The position numbers and the translations under genes are program-made. 58,023 nt of DNA from Beijerinckiaceae bacterium (GTDB lineage Bacteria > Pseudomonadota > Alphaproteobacteria > Rhizobiales > Beijerinckiaceae): contig DAOMXG010000001.1 of NCBI GenBank assembly GCA_035436995.1, positions 1-58,023 of the forward strand. Direction: 5' to 3'. Shown piece by piece: positions 19,743-32,345 of the stretch. The notes beneath the pieces are model-generated. The model was not told the DNA's origin and ran no database searches. It saw only the letters and a list, made by a program, of their open reading frames with translations. Position 1 is the first letter of the stretch; the number at the start of each line of letters is the position of its first letter.

Positions 19743-21215
19743 ATGTCCTGCAAATCGATTGTTCTTCGCCTCGCCGCCCCATGTCTGGTGGCTGGCCTGA
19801 CGCTCGCTCCTGCCTTTGCCGATACGCCCGCCCCGCAGCCCAACAAGGGCGATACGGCCTGGATGCTGATCGCAACCGCCCTGGTTCTGATGATGTCTGT
19901 GCCGGGTCTGGCGCTGTTCTATGGCGGCCTTGTGCGCGCCAAGAACATGCTGTCGGTTCTCACCCAGGTCTTCGCCATCGTCTGTCTTGCCGGGCTGATG
20001 TGGGTGGCGGTCGGCTATTCGCTGGCCTTTACCAACGGCGGCGCCCTCAATGATTTTGTTGGCGGATTCGGCAAGGCGTTCATGGCCGGCATCACCCCTG
20101 CATCCAATGCCGCAACCTTCTCCAACGGCGTGGTGATTCCAGAGTACCTTTACCTCGCATTCCAGATGACCTTTGCGATGATCACGCCGGCTCTGATCGT
20201 CGGCGCTTTTGCCGAGCGCATGCGTTTTGGTGCGGTGATGGCTTTCACCGCCCTGTGGTCGCTGCTGGTCTACTATCCGATCGCCCACATGGTCTGGTAC
20301 TGGGCAGGACCCGACGCGCTCGCCGATGCGGCCAAGGCTGTTGCGGCAGCCACGGACGCCGTCGCAAAGACCGCTGCTCAAGCCAAACTTGACGAGGCCG
20401 TTGCCGATGCAGGCATGATCTTCAAGTGGGGTGCACTCGACTTTGCCGGCGGCACCGTGGTGCATATCAACGCCGGTATCGCCGGCCTTGTCGGCTGCCT
20501 GATGGTCGGCAAGCGCATCGGCTATGGCCGCGAGCTGATGGCACCGCATTCGCTGGTGATGACGATGATCGGAGCGGCGCTGCTGTGGGTCGGCTGGTTC
20601 GGCTTCAACGCCGGTTCTTCGCTCGAAGCCAACGGCACGGCGGTCCTTGCCTTCGTCAACACGATGGTCGCCACCTGCGCGGCGGCGCTGGCGTGGCTCA
20701 TCGTCGAATGGCTGCTCAAAGGCAAGCCTTCGCTGCTCGGCATGGTCTCCGGTGCCGTGGCCGGTCTGGTTGCGGTGACCCCGGCCTCGGGCTTTGCCGG
20801 GCCCATGGGTGCCATCGTGCTTGGCTTTGTCTCGGGGGCCGCCTGTTTCATCTTCGTCGCCTATGTGAAGGGCGCCCTGGGCTATGACGACTCGCTCGAC
20901 GTCTTCGGCATCCATTGCATCGGTGGCATTCTCGGCGCGATTGCTACCGGCATACTGGCCAGCCCCGACCTGGGCGGCGCCGGGATCGTCGATTACGTCG
21001 CCAAGCCGGGCGAAGCCGCGCCGGGCGATTTCGTGATGGCAACGCAGCTTATGGCGCAGCTCAAGGCGGTGGCGGTCACGCTGCTCTGGTCGGGCCTGGT
21101 CTCGATGATCCTGTTCAAGCTGATCGATCTGGCAATTGGCCTCAGGGCTGAAAGCGACGATGAGCGCATGGGTCTCGACATTGCCGAACATGGCGAGCGC
21201 GCCTACAGCGCCTGA
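19743..21215 (+). CDS. amtB: Ammonium transporter AmtB, paralog 2
   Basis: 490 aa with Amt motifs DFAGGTVVHINAGIAGL and IHCIGG, plus an extra Ala-rich periplasmic insertion relative to paralog 1. Confidence 0.92.
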   Translation: MSCKSIVLRLAAPCLVAGLTLAPAFADTPAPQPNKGDTAWMLIATALVLMMSVPGLALFYGGLVRAKNMLSVLTQVFAIVCLAGLMWVAVGYSLAFTNGGALNDFVGGFGKAFMAGITPASNAATFSNGVVIPEYLYLAFQMTFAMITPALIVGAFAERMRFGAVMAFTALWSLLVYYPIAHMVWYWAGPDALADAAKAVAAATDAVAKTAAQAKLDEAVADAGMIFKWGALDFAGGTVVHINAGIAGLVGCLMVGKRIGYGRELMAPHSLVMTMIGAALLWVGWFGFNAGSSLEANGTAVLAFVNTMVATCAAALAWLIVEWLLKGKPSLLGMVSGAVAGLVAVTPASGFAGPMGAIVLGFVSGAACFIFVAYVKGALGYDDSLDVFGIHCIGGILGAIATGILASPDLGGAGIVDYVAKPGEAAPGDFVMATQLMAQLKAVAVTLLWSGLVSMILFKLIDLAIGLRAESDDERMGLDIAEHGERAYSA

Positions 21216-21233
21216 TCGACAGGCAACGCCATA

Positions 21234-21264
21234 GCGATCGGCGGCCACAACGGCCGCCGATCGC
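21234..21264 (+). terminator. 13-bp perfect hairpin after amtB (putative terminator, no U-tract)
   Basis: GCGATCGGCGGCC acaac GGCCGCCGATCGC. Confidence 0.5.
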
Positions 21265-21282
21265 ACATCAGGCAACCATTTC

Positions 21283-21298
21283 TTAAGCTGGATTTAAC
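21283..21298 (+). promoter_or_regulatory. CtrA-type box TTAA-N7-TTAAC upstream of ftsK
   Basis: TTAAGCTGGATTTAAC is a perfect match to the published CtrA full-site consensus and lies about 40-50 nt upstream of the ftsK start. Confidence 0.5.
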
Positions 21299-21336
21299 CC
21301 ATCCTGAACCATGATCCGGACCAGACTGCCCTCAGT

Positions 21337-23856
21337 ATGGAATGGATCATGCGGACGACGCGACTGGGTTCTTCGGCGACGGATTACATCCCCGAGGCAA
21401 TCCGCGACGGTATCATGCGGCGCCTGGCAGAACTCGCCGGGCTCATCCTGCTGCTCGCCGCCGGCGCCGGGGCGCTGGCGCTGGCAACCTGGTCGGTGCG
21501 CGATCCCAGCCTCAGCCATGCCGTTGCCGTTCCGGCACGCAACCTTCTCGGTTACCCCGGCGCGGTCATTGCCGATCTGCTCATGCAGATTTTCGGCCTG
21601 GCAGCAATCGCTCTGCTGTTGGTGATGGCCATCATCGGTTGGCGGCTGATGGCGCGGCGGCAATTGCAACGCCCGGCGCTGCGATTGATCGTGGCCATGG
21701 TTGCGGTGATCTGCGCCGCCGGACTGGCCGGAACCTTGCCACGCACGGACCGCTGGCCCTTGCCGGGTGGTCTTGGTGGTCTGGTTGGCGATCTCCTGCT
21801 CTATCTGCCGCGTCTGCTGACCGGCTCGCTCGACATGCTGCTCCGTCTGCCGGTAGGCTTTGCCTGCGCCGTCGGCCTGATCATCTCGATCGCCTATGTC
21901 GGCCGCCGCTCCAGCGAGGAGGAGGCAGAGGAACAGGCGCGCATCGCCGAGGAGGACGTCGAATCCAGCGCTGATGACGAACCGTCTGTAACCATCATCT
22001 CGCTCGGCGCTGTCATCCATGCATTGTTCAGCGCCAGGAGCTGGATTGCCCGGCGCTTTGCCCTTCTTATGGGTCGCCAGAGGATGAGCAGCGAGGCACC
22101 GGCCCGGCGCCGGACGCCGGCATCCCGGAGAACCGAGCCGACTTTCGAGCCGACCGGACCGGTTCAAGCCCCGGCAAAGCGCACGCGCGCGCTCCCGGAG
22201 CCGGACTTCGACAGCCTCGACGACACTCCGTTCGACGATCCCCAGCCGGTCAAGGCCAAGGTCAGTGCTCCGGTCGGAGCGCTCAAGCCCGGTCGCCGGG
22301 CCGAGCGCGAGGCCCAGCCTTCAATGTTCGGCCAGGATGGCTACCAGCATCCGCCGCTGACCCTGCTGTCCGAGCCCAAACGGGCACCCGGTGTCATCAT
22401 CTCAAAGGATGCGCTTGAGCAGAATGCCCGCCTGCTGGAAGGCGTGCTTGATGATTTCGGCGTGCGCGGCGAAATCATCAACGTGCGCCCCGGGCCGGTG
22501 GTCACCCTCTATGAACTCGAGCCGGCGCCGGGCACCAAATCCTCGCGCGTCATCAGCCTGGCCGAGGATATCGCCCGTTCGATGAGTGCGGTTGCTGCCC
22601 GCGTCGCCGTGGTGCAGGGCCGCAATGCAATCGGCATCGAATTGCCGAACGCCAAGCGCGAGACGGTTTTCCTGCGTGAATTGCTGGCCTGCGAGGATTT
22701 CGAGAAATCGAAGATGCGGCTGCCGCTCTGCCTCGGCAAGACGATCGGCGGCGAACCGGTGATCGTCGAGCTCGCCCGCATGCCGCATCTGCTCATCGCC
22801 GGCACCACCGGATCCGGCAAGTCGGTCGCCATCAACACGATGATCCTGTCGCTGCTCTATCGGCTCACTCCGGACCAGTGCCGGCTGATCATGGTCGATC
22901 CGAAGATGCTCGAACTGTCGATCTACGACGGCATTCCGCATCTGCTCACCCCGGTCGTCACCGATCCCAAGAAGGCGGTCGTCGCCCTCAAATGGGCGGT
23001 GCGCGAGATGGAGGAGCGCTACCGCAAGATGTCCAAGGTCGGCGTGCGCAACATCGACGGCTTCAATGCCCGCGTCGCCGAGGCCAGGGACAAGGGCGAG
23101 GTGATCCAGCGCATGGTCCAGACCGGGTTCGACCGCGAGACCGGCGAGCCGATCTTCGAGAACGAGGTGATGGATCTGCAGCCGCTGCCGTTCATCGTCG
23201 TCATCGTCGATGAGATGGCCGACCTGATGATGGTCGCCGGCAAGGAGATCGAGGGGCTCGTCCAGCGTCTTGCCCAGATGGCCCGCGCCGCCGGCATCCA
23301 TGTCGTGCTCGCCACCCAGCGCCCTTCGGTGGACGTCATCACCGGCACGATCAAGGCCAACTTCCCGACCCGCATTTCCTTCCAGGTCACCTCGAAGATC
23401 GACAGCCGGACGATTCTCGGCGAGCAGGGCGCCGAACAGCTGCTCGGCCAGGGCGATATGCTCTACATGGCCGGCGGCGGCCGCATCTCGCGCGTGCATG
23501 GCCCGTTCGTCTCCGATGCCGAGGTCGAGCATGTCGTCGCCCATCTGAAGGCGCAGGGCGCGCCGCAATATCTTGATGCGATCACCGCCGAAGAAGAGAG
23601 CGCCGAAGAGAGCGATGACGGGGCGATATTCGACAAGGGCAACTTCGGCGAGGAACCGCAGGATCTCTATGACAAGGCAGTGCAGGTGGTGCTGCGCGAC
23701 AAGAAATGTTCGACCTCCTACATCCAGCGCCGTCTGCAGATCGGCTACAACAAGGCTGCCAGCCTCGTCGAGCGGATGGAGAAGGAAGGCCTTGTCGGCC
23801 CCGCCAACCACGCCGGCAAGCGTGAACTTTTGCTCGAGGGCGCCGAGGCAGGCTGA
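21337..23856 (+). CDS. ftsK: DNA translocase FtsK
   Basis: 839 aa with N-terminal TM helices, a Pro/charged linker, a motor domain with Walker [10 protein letters not shown], and a C-terminal gamma (winged-helix) domain [17 protein letters not shown]. Confidence 0.95.
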   Translation: MEWIMRTTRLGSSATDYIPEAIRDGIMRRLAELAGLILLLAAGAGALALATWSVRDPSLSHAVAVPARNLLGYPGAVIADLLMQIFGLAAIALLLVMAIIGWRLMARRQLQRPALRLIVAMVAVICAAGLAGTLPRTDRWPLPGGLGGLVGDLLLYLPRLLTGSLDMLLRLPVGFACAVGLIISIAYVGRRSSEEEAEEQARIAEEDVESSADDEPSVTIISLGAVIHALFSARSWIARRFALLMGRQRMSSEAPARRRTPASRRTEPTFEPTGPVQAPAKRTRALPEPDFDSLDDTPFDDPQPVKAKVSAPVGALKPGRRAEREAQPSMFGQDGYQHPPLTLLSEPKRAPGVIISKDALEQNARLLEGVLDDFGVRGEIINVRPGPVVTLYELEPAPGTKSSRVISLAEDIARSMSAVAARVAVVQGRNAIGIELPNAKRETVFLRELLACEDFEKSKMRLPLCLGKTIGGEPVIVELARMPHLLIAGTTGSGKSVAINTMILSLLYRLTPDQCRLIMVDPKMLELSIYDGIPHLLTPVVTDPKKAVVALKWAVREMEERYRKMSKVGVRNIDGFNARVAEARDKGEVIQRMVQTGFDRETGEPIFENEVMDLQPLPFIVVIVDEMADLMMVAGKEIEGLVQRLAQMARAAGIHVVLATQRPSVDVITGTIKANFPTRISFQVTSKIDSRTILGEQGAEQLLGQGDMLYMAGGGRISRVHGPFVSDAEVEHVVAHLKAQGAPQYLDAITAEEESAEESDDGAIFDKGNFGEEPQDLYDKAVQVVLRDKKCSTSYIQRRLQIGYNKAASLVERMEKEGLVGPANHAGKRELLLEGAEAG

Positions 23857-23963
23857 GGCCGGGCTGGCCGAGTTTTGCAAATCCGCTTTGCAGTTTGACG
23901 CGAATCCGCCACAACCCCGCTCTAGTCTCGGGTCGATGATGACCGATTCGGCGGGAGCTACCG

Positions 23964-24665
23964 GTGAAGACAACGTCATTCCTGGCTGCTGGTTTTGCCC
24001 TGTTGCTCGCCATTGGCGGAGCGCTGGCGCAGCTTAACCTGAATCCTCCCGCCGCAACCACGCCGGGCGCCCCCAAGGGGCCTGCACCGGCGGCGCCTGC
24101 ACCGGCAGCTGCCGCCGGCCAGAACGAGACGCCCAGACCGACGGTTGAGCGGGTCAACGCCTATTTCAATGCCATCGGCGGCATGACGGCTGATTTTGTC
24201 CAGATCGGCCCGGACGGCCGGCGCTGGGAAGGCAAGCTGTCAATTCTCCGGCCCGGTAAGATGCGGTTCGAATACAAGCCGCCGAGTCCGCTTGAAATCA
24301 TCTCCGACGGCACCACCGTCGCGGTGCGGGATCGCAAGGCCAATACCCAGGATGAATATTTCGTCGGTCAGACACCACTGAAATTCCTGCTGCGTGACCG
24401 AATCGATGTCGCGCGGGACGCCAAGGTGATTTCGCTGGCCCAGCAGGGCAGCGATGCCGTGCTGGTGATCGAGGACCGACAGACTGTGGGCGGCACCTCG
24501 CGCATCCGTCTGACCTTCAACAATGCCGACATGATGCTCAAGCAATGGATCGTCACCGATCCGCAGGGCTATGACACGCGCGTCCAGCTGGCCAATATCG
24601 ACACCACCCGGCGGCCGAATGCGGCCCTGTTTGTCATTCCGACCAAGGTTTCGACACCGAACTGA
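23964..24665 (+). CDS. lolA: Outer-membrane lipoprotein carrier protein LolA-like
   Basis: GTG start, signal peptide and a LolA-like beta-rich body. Its position after ftsK is as in other alphaproteobacteria. Confidence 0.7.
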   Translation: MKTTSFLAAGFALLLAIGGALAQLNLNPPAATTPGAPKGPAPAAPAPAAAAGQNETPRPTVERVNAYFNAIGGMTADFVQIGPDGRRWEGKLSILRPGKMRFEYKPPSPLEIISDGTTVAVRDRKANTQDEYFVGQTPLKFLLRDRIDVARDAKVISLAQQGSDAVLVIEDRQTVGGTSRIRLTFNNADMMLKQWIVTDPQGYDTRVQLANIDTTRRPNAALFVIPTKVSTPN

Positions 24666-24774
24666 CCGGCGAACACGCGCCTGACCCAACAATTCGGTGG
24701 ATGGCGCAGTCTCATTTGGGCTCAAGGCGGCAGCATGTCTTTCCGGCAGCCTATGCACCGGCCATAACTCTGCC

Positions 24775-25584
24775 ATGACACTGACGATTGCCACCTGGAA
24801 CATCAATTCCGTTCGCCTGCGCCTCGATCTTGTGCTGCGTTACCTGTCGGAGGCAGCGCCCGATGTGCTGTGCCTGCAGGAAACCAAATGCCCCGATGCG
24901 GAATTTCCCCGGTCCGCCTTCGTCAAGGCGGGCTATCCGCATATTCTGCATCGCGGCATGAAGGGCTACAACGGCGTGGCCATCCTGTCGCGCCTGCCGC
25001 TTGCGGCAGCGGAGAACCTGACCCTGTGCGGGCGGGAGGACGCCCGGCACATCGCCGCCGAGGTTCGGCCGGCCGATGGCCCTTCCTTGCTTGTCCATAA
25101 TTTCTATGTGCCCGCCGGCGGTGATATTCCCGACCGGATTGAAAACCCGAAGTTTGGTCACAAGCTGGATTTCCTGGCAGAAATGACCGATTGGGCTGAG
25201 CGCCTGCGCGCCCGTCACGATCGGGCTGTGCTGGTCGGTGATCTCAACATTGCTCCGCTCGTCCATGATGTCTGGAGTCACAAGGCGTTGCTCAAGGTGG
25301 TCAGCCATACACCGATCGAATGCGAGGCGCTGCTGCACTTGCAGGACAGCGGCGGCTGGATCGATGCGGTGCGGTGCCTAAATCCGGAGCCGGAGAAGGT
25401 CTACACCTGGTGGAGCTATCGCTCGCCGGACTGGAACGCTGCCGACAAGGGCAGGCGTCTCGACCATATCTGGGTCGGGCCGGCTTTGAAGCCGGCTATT
25501 GCATCCTCGTCGATCCTGCGCGCGGCCCGTGGCTGGGAGCGCCCCTCGGATCATGTGCCCCTGGCAGTAACACTCGCTCTTTGA
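24775..25584 (+). CDS. xthA: Exodeoxyribonuclease III
   Basis: The start MTLTIATWNINSVRLR, LCLQETK and the C-terminal SDHVPL motif are present. Confidence 0.9.
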   Translation: MTLTIATWNINSVRLRLDLVLRYLSEAAPDVLCLQETKCPDAEFPRSAFVKAGYPHILHRGMKGYNGVAILSRLPLAAAENLTLCGREDARHIAAEVRPADGPSLLVHNFYVPAGGDIPDRIENPKFGHKLDFLAEMTDWAERLRARHDRAVLVGDLNIAPLVHDVWSHKALLKVVSHTPIECEALLHLQDSGGWIDAVRCLNPEPEKVYTWWSYRSPDWNAADKGRRLDHIWVGPALKPAIASSSILRAARGWERPSDHVPLAVTLAL

Positions 25585-25636
25585 GCCTGCGAGAGCATCA
25601 TCTTGCCAGGTGGATGCCGGCTGGCGGGATGTTGCT

Positions 25637-26074
25637 CTAGATGATTTCGGCCAGCCGCTGCCGGGTGCTGGCCAGTTCTCCGGCGAGATGGGCTCTCAGC
25701 GCCGCTGCGCTGGCTGGATGGGCCTCGAGCACCTGCCGCATCAGGGATTGCGACAGGACGAGCACGCGGCTGGGTTCGAGTGCCAGCGCCGTTCCCGGAC
25801 GTTCCCCGGCAACCAGAAGGGCCGATACGCCGATCAGCCCGCCCGGACCGACGACTTCCCCTTCGCCCGGCGCACCATCCGTGGCCTGAACACCGATCCG
25901 TCCACTGACCACCACATAGCCGGTATCGGCCCTGGCACCCTTGCGGAACAGGTCCTCGCCCGCCTTGAGTTGCTGTGTGGTCGCTGAAAATGCAAGCACA
26001 TGCAGGGCTTCCGGCTCCAGAGCACGAAACAGGGCAAGGCCGGCAAGGGCCGTGGTTTTCTCGTCAAGTCGCAT
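25637..26074 (-). CDS. Stand-alone cyclic-nucleotide-binding domain protein
   Basis: 145 aa with the cNMP-binding beta-barrel pattern (LFRAL...AGEDLFRKG...GYVVVSG...GPGGLIG). It lies 11 nt downstream of the response-regulator gene. Confidence 0.7.
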   Translation of the reverse strand: MRLDEKTTALAGLALFRALEPEALHVLAFSATTQQLKAGEDLFRKGARADTGYVVVSGRIGVQATDGAPGEGEVVGPGGLIGVSALLVAGERPGTALALEPSRVLVLSQSLMRQVLEAHPASAAALRAHLAGELASTRQRLAEII

Positions 26075-26085
26075 CAGAGGGTCCG

Positions 26086-26772
26086 CTATGGCACCAGCTT
26101 GTAACCGCCACCCTCTGTTACCAGCAAGCGGGCATGTCCGGAATTGGGTTCGATTTTTTGTCGCAGCCGGTAGATATGCGTTTCAAGCGTATGGGTGGTG
26201 ACATTGGAATTGTAGCCCCATACTTCCTGCAGCAACACGTCTCTGGGCACGACTTTCTGGTCAGCGCGGTAGAGATAGCGAAGGATGGCGGTTTCCTTTT
26301 CGGTCAACCGCAGTTTCGATCCCTTGGTGGTGACCAGAAGCTTGGCGCCGGGACGGAACGTATACGGGCCGATCGCAAATACCGCGTCCTCGCTCGCCGC
26401 ATGTTGACGCAGATGGGCGCGGATCCGTGCCAGAAGCACGGCGAAGCGGAACGGCTTGGTCACATAGTCGTTGGCGCCCGATTCCAGTCCGAGAACCGTG
26501 TCGGCCTCCGAATCATGGCCGGTCAGCAGCAGAATCGGGCCACGAAACGCATTCTTGCGCAGCATCTTGACGGCCTCACGGCCATCGATATCCGGCAGTC
26601 CGACATCCATCAGGATCATATCGATCTGGTCTGCCTTGGCGATAGCCAGCGCGGCAGTTGCGGTATCCGCTTCCTGAACAGCAAATTCCTCATGCAGGTG
26701 CAACTGTTCAGCCAGCGCCTCGCGCAATGCGGCATCGTCATCGACAATCAGGATCTTCCGGATATTGCTCAT
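26086..26772 (-). CDS. OmpR/PhoB-family response regulator (possibly CenR-like), no adjacent histidine kinase
   Basis: Receiver domain (ILIVDDD, MDVGLPDIDG) plus a winged-helix output domain (LTEKETAILRYL...THTLETHIYRLRQKI). Confidence 0.85.
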   Translation of the reverse strand: MSNIRKILIVDDDAALREALAEQLHLHEEFAVQEADTATAALAIAKADQIDMILMDVGLPDIDGREAVKMLRKNAFRGPILLLTGHDSEADTVLGLESGANDYVTKPFRFAVLLARIRAHLRQHAASEDAVFAIGPYTFRPGAKLLVTTKGSKLRLTEKETAILRYLYRADQKVVPRDVLLQEVWGYNSNVTTHTLETHIYRLRQKIEPNSGHARLLVTEGGGYKLVP

Positions 26773-26818
26773 CAATTGTCCTTGCACTGAACCGTTGGAG
26801 CCTATCCAATGTGCCATC

Positions 26819-27376
26819 ATGCGGCAAGGTTCTGCCACCCGGACTGCGATGAAAGGTTATTGCACAACGATTGTGGTCTATCGGCTTGAGCCCAGAGGCC
26901 CTCGCGCGCTGCTGGTGGCGGGCCCGCTTGCCATGCCCTGCCGCATCGGTCGCAATGGGGCAGCCTGCGCCAAGCGCGAGGGCGATGGCGCATCGCCATT
27001 GGGAACCTTTGCACTGCTTGGCGGCTGGTGGCGAAACGACCGCCGCCGTCGGCCACAGACCGGCCTTTGCCTCACCGCGATCCGGAAGGACGATGGCTGG
27101 TGCGATGCTCCCGGCCATCGGGCCTACAATCGGCCCGTGCGCCTGCCCTTTGCCGCCAGTCATGAAAGCATGGCCCGCAACGATCATCAGTATGACGTTG
27201 TGCTCGACATCAGCTGGAACCGCCACCCGCGCCGCCAGGGTTGGGGCAGCGCAATTTTCCTGCATTTGATGAGTGAGACTGGCGGCGGCACGGCCGGCTG
27301 TGTGGCCGTGCCCGCCGGACGGATCGACCGGCTGCTGGTCCGCATAGGGCCGCAGACGCGGATCCGGATCCGCTGA
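26819..27376 (+). CDS. L,D-transpeptidase (YkuD) catalytic-domain family protein
   Basis: The C-terminal GSAIFLH...GGTAGCVAV motif matches the His/Cys catalytic pattern of the YkuD fold. The start is uncertain (26765, 26819 or 26849). Confidence 0.65.
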   Translation: MRQGSATRTAMKGYCTTIVVYRLEPRGPRALLVAGPLAMPCRIGRNGAACAKREGDGASPLGTFALLGGWWRNDRRRRPQTGLCLTAIRKDDGWCDAPGHRAYNRPVRLPFAASHESMARNDHQYDVVLDISWNRHPRRQGWGSAIFLHLMSETGGGTAGCVAVPAGRIDRLLVRIGPQTRIRIR

Positions 27377-27385
27377 ACAACCGAA

Positions 27386-28066
27386 TCAGCGCGCGCCGAA
27401 AATCGCGCTGCCGATCCGCACATGAGTTGCGCCGGACTGAATCGCTGCGGCAAAATCGGCGCTCATCCCCATCGACAACTGATCGATACCATTGCGGCGG
27501 GCAATCTTGGCCAAGAGTGCAAAATGCGGACTTGGTGGCTGATCGGCCGGAGGAATGCACATCAGCCCGGCAATTGTCAGCCCGTGCTTGACCCGGCATT
27601 CGGCGATGAATGCGTCCGCCTCCTCGGGCAGGACACCGGCTTTCTGCGCTTCGGCCCCGGTATTGACCTGCACAAAAAGCCTGGGCGAATGACCGGTTCT
27701 GGCGATGGCCGCCGCCAGTGCCGCCGCCAGCCTGGGCCGATCGAGGCTTTCGATGCAGTCGAACAATGTAACCGCCGTCTCGGCCTTGTTGGTCTGAAGC
27801 GGGCCGATCAGATGCAGGTCAACATCCGGAAACCGCTGTTTCAGTTGCGGCCACTTCTGCTGCGCCTCTTGCACCCGATTCTCGCCGAACACCCGCTGGC
27901 CGGCCAGCAGCACCGGCTCGATCGCTTCGACCGGAAATGTCTTGGAGACCGCAATCAGTGTCACGTCGGCGGCCGGGCGCCCGCAATCCTCGGCGGCACG
28001 GCGGATCAGTTTGCGCACGGCGTCGATGCGCACGGCGCCTGGATGATCTTCCTGGCTCTCGCCCAT
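27386..28066 (-). CDS. yggS: YggS-family pyridoxal-phosphate homeostasis protein
   Basis: LIAVSKTFP (the PLP lysine) and the C-terminal LSMGMSADFAAAI..GATHVRIGSAIFG are present. Confidence 0.88.
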   Translation of the reverse strand: MGESQEDHPGAVRIDAVRKLIRRAAEDCGRPAADVTLIAVSKTFPVEAIEPVLLAGQRVFGENRVQEAQQKWPQLKQRFPDVDLHLIGPLQTNKAETAVTLFDCIESLDRPRLAAALAAAIARTGHSPRLFVQVNTGAEAQKAGVLPEEADAFIAECRVKHGLTIAGLMCIPPADQPPSPHFALLAKIARRNGIDQLSMGMSADFAAAIQSGATHVRIGSAIFGAR

Positions 28067-28185
28067 GCCGTAAATCCTCACTTGGCCGACAATCGTATGG
28101 GTGTTGCAGGTGCCATACATCGCCCGGGTTGACCAGAAAAACCGAATGATGTCCAAGGGGCTGGTCCACTGACAAGCAGCGACCC

Positions 28186-30786
<2,601 letters not shown>

Positions 30787-30797
30787 GGAGTCCTTTC

Positions 30798-31301
30798 ATG
30801 GTGTCCCGCAGGTTCCCTCTCGCAGCGCTTGTCCTGGTCCTGCCGCTGGCCGGCTGCTTTCAGCCACTCTACGGTCCGGGTCTGGCGGGATCGACCGAAG
30901 CCATTGGATCATTCCAGATCGAGTCGATGCCCGAACATCTTGGCCATCAGCTCAAATCTGAACTTGAGTTCCAGCTGAACAACGGCACACCCCCGTCGAA
31001 GGCGCGTTTCCGGCTGGTGGCTCAACCGAGCGGCCGCAGTGCTGGTGTCATCGCCGATACTGCCTCTAGCAGGCCCCAAGTGATGAGCTATATCGCCAGT
31101 GCCCGGTTCTCACTGCATGAAATCAAGACCGGGAAAGTGATCACCAGCGGCCAGGCTCAGGTGCAGGCCTCCTACGATCGCGACGTCCAGCGTTTTGCCA
31201 CAGTCCGCGCCCTGCGCGATGTCGAAATACGGGCAGCGATCCAGCTCGCCGAGCAGATCAAGATCCGTATTATGCCTGTTGTTGCTGGCCTGAAGGATTG
31301 A
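30798..31301 (+). CDS. lptE: LPS-assembly lipoprotein LptE
   Basis: Lipobox LPLAGC, about 167 aa, in the conserved leuS-lptE-holA order. Confidence 0.8.
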   Translation: MVSRRFPLAALVLVLPLAGCFQPLYGPGLAGSTEAIGSFQIESMPEHLGHQLKSELEFQLNNGTPPSKARFRLVAQPSGRSAGVIADTASSRPQVMSYIASARFSLHEIKTGKVITSGQAQVQASYDRDVQRFATVRALRDVEIRAAIQLAEQIKIRIMPVVAGLKD

Positions 31302-31304
31302 CCT

Positions 31305-32345
31305 GTGACCGCGATCAAATCGGGCGATCTGGCCCGATTTATGGCGGGCGGTTGGCAGACCTGTCCGGTTGTTCTGGTGTTTGGTCCGGATGAAGGCGCT
31401 GTGCGCGAGATTGCCGGCCAGCTTGTCCGGGCAGCAGCGGGCGCAGATCCTGATCCTCTCAATTGCATCCGGCTGGATGGCGAGACATTGGCCCAGGATC
31501 CCGCCCGGCTCGCCGATGAAGCACGCACCTTCGGCCTGTTCGGCGGACGGCGCGTGGTTCATGTGCGCAATGCGGCACGCACCCCTGCAGCATCGGTGAC
31601 TGCCATCGCCGACGATCCGGTGCCCGATACGCTGGTGATCCTTGAGGCCGTTGATCTCAAATCCGGTGCGCCATTGCGGACGCTGGCTGAAAAACACCGC
31701 TCCATCGCCGCGATCGCTTGCTATGCTGACGGACACCGCAGCCTGCAAACTTTGATCGAGACAACCCTGTCCGGCCACGGATTGTCGCTGACGCGCGATG
31801 GCCGCGACGCCCTGATGGGGGCGCTTGGCGCTGACCGGCTGTTGACCCGCTCGGAACTCGACAAGCTGACGCTTTATGCCCTCGGTGAAAAGACCGTCGA
31901 TGCCCGCATGGTCGCCGAGATTGTCTCTGATGCCGGCCGTCACGAAACATCGTCCCTGATCGATTTCGCCTTTGCTGGCCACCTTGCGACAGTCGAGCCG
32001 GAGGCGAATCGGATTTTTGCCACCGGAATTCATCCAGCATCGCTGATGACCCAGGTACTGTCACACATTATGTTGATGCGTCGGCTGCGCCGCGCCGTTG
32101 ATCGCGGTCAATCACTGGATGCCCTGTTGCGGCAGGCCCGCCTGCATTTCTCCCGGGTTCCGGCAGTTGAGGCGGCTTTGCGGTCATGGAACTGCGAACG
32201 TCTGGATCGTGCTCTGGTCCTGGCGTCTGATGCCGTCCTGAACAGCCGCAGGACGGCCCGATTGGCCGACTCGCTTGCCATTCGTCTTTTATGGAGCATT
32301 GCCAGAATGGCCGGCAAAGACAAAGTATCTAGTAGAATACAATAA
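31305..32345 (+). CDS. holA: DNA polymerase III subunit delta
   Basis: GTG start 4 nt after lptE, 346 aa, VVLVFGPDEGAVRE N-terminus, conserved synteny. The last ~8 codons (KDKVSSRIQ) lie in the AT-rich island. Confidence 0.82.
   Translation: MTAIKSGDLARFMAGGWQTCPVVLVFGPDEGAVREIAGQLVRAAAGADPDPLNCIRLDGETLAQDPARLADEARTFGLFGGRRVVHVRNAARTPAASVTAIADDPVPDTLVILEAVDLKSGAPLRTLAEKHRSIAAIACYADGHRSLQTLIETTLSGHGLSLTRDGRDALMGALGADRLLTRSELDKLTLYALGEKTVDARMVAEIVSDAGRHETSSLIDFAFAGHLATVEPEANRIFATGIHPASLMTQVLSHIMLMRRLRRAVDRGQSLDALLRQARLHFSRVPAVEAALRSWNCERLDRALVLASDAVLNSRRTARLADSLAIRLLWSIARMAGKDKVSSRIQ

Noticed and set aside
22402-23979. 525-aa ORF antisense to ftsK
   Set aside because: A shadow frame; ftsK on the + strand has an unambiguous Walker A/B motor domain.
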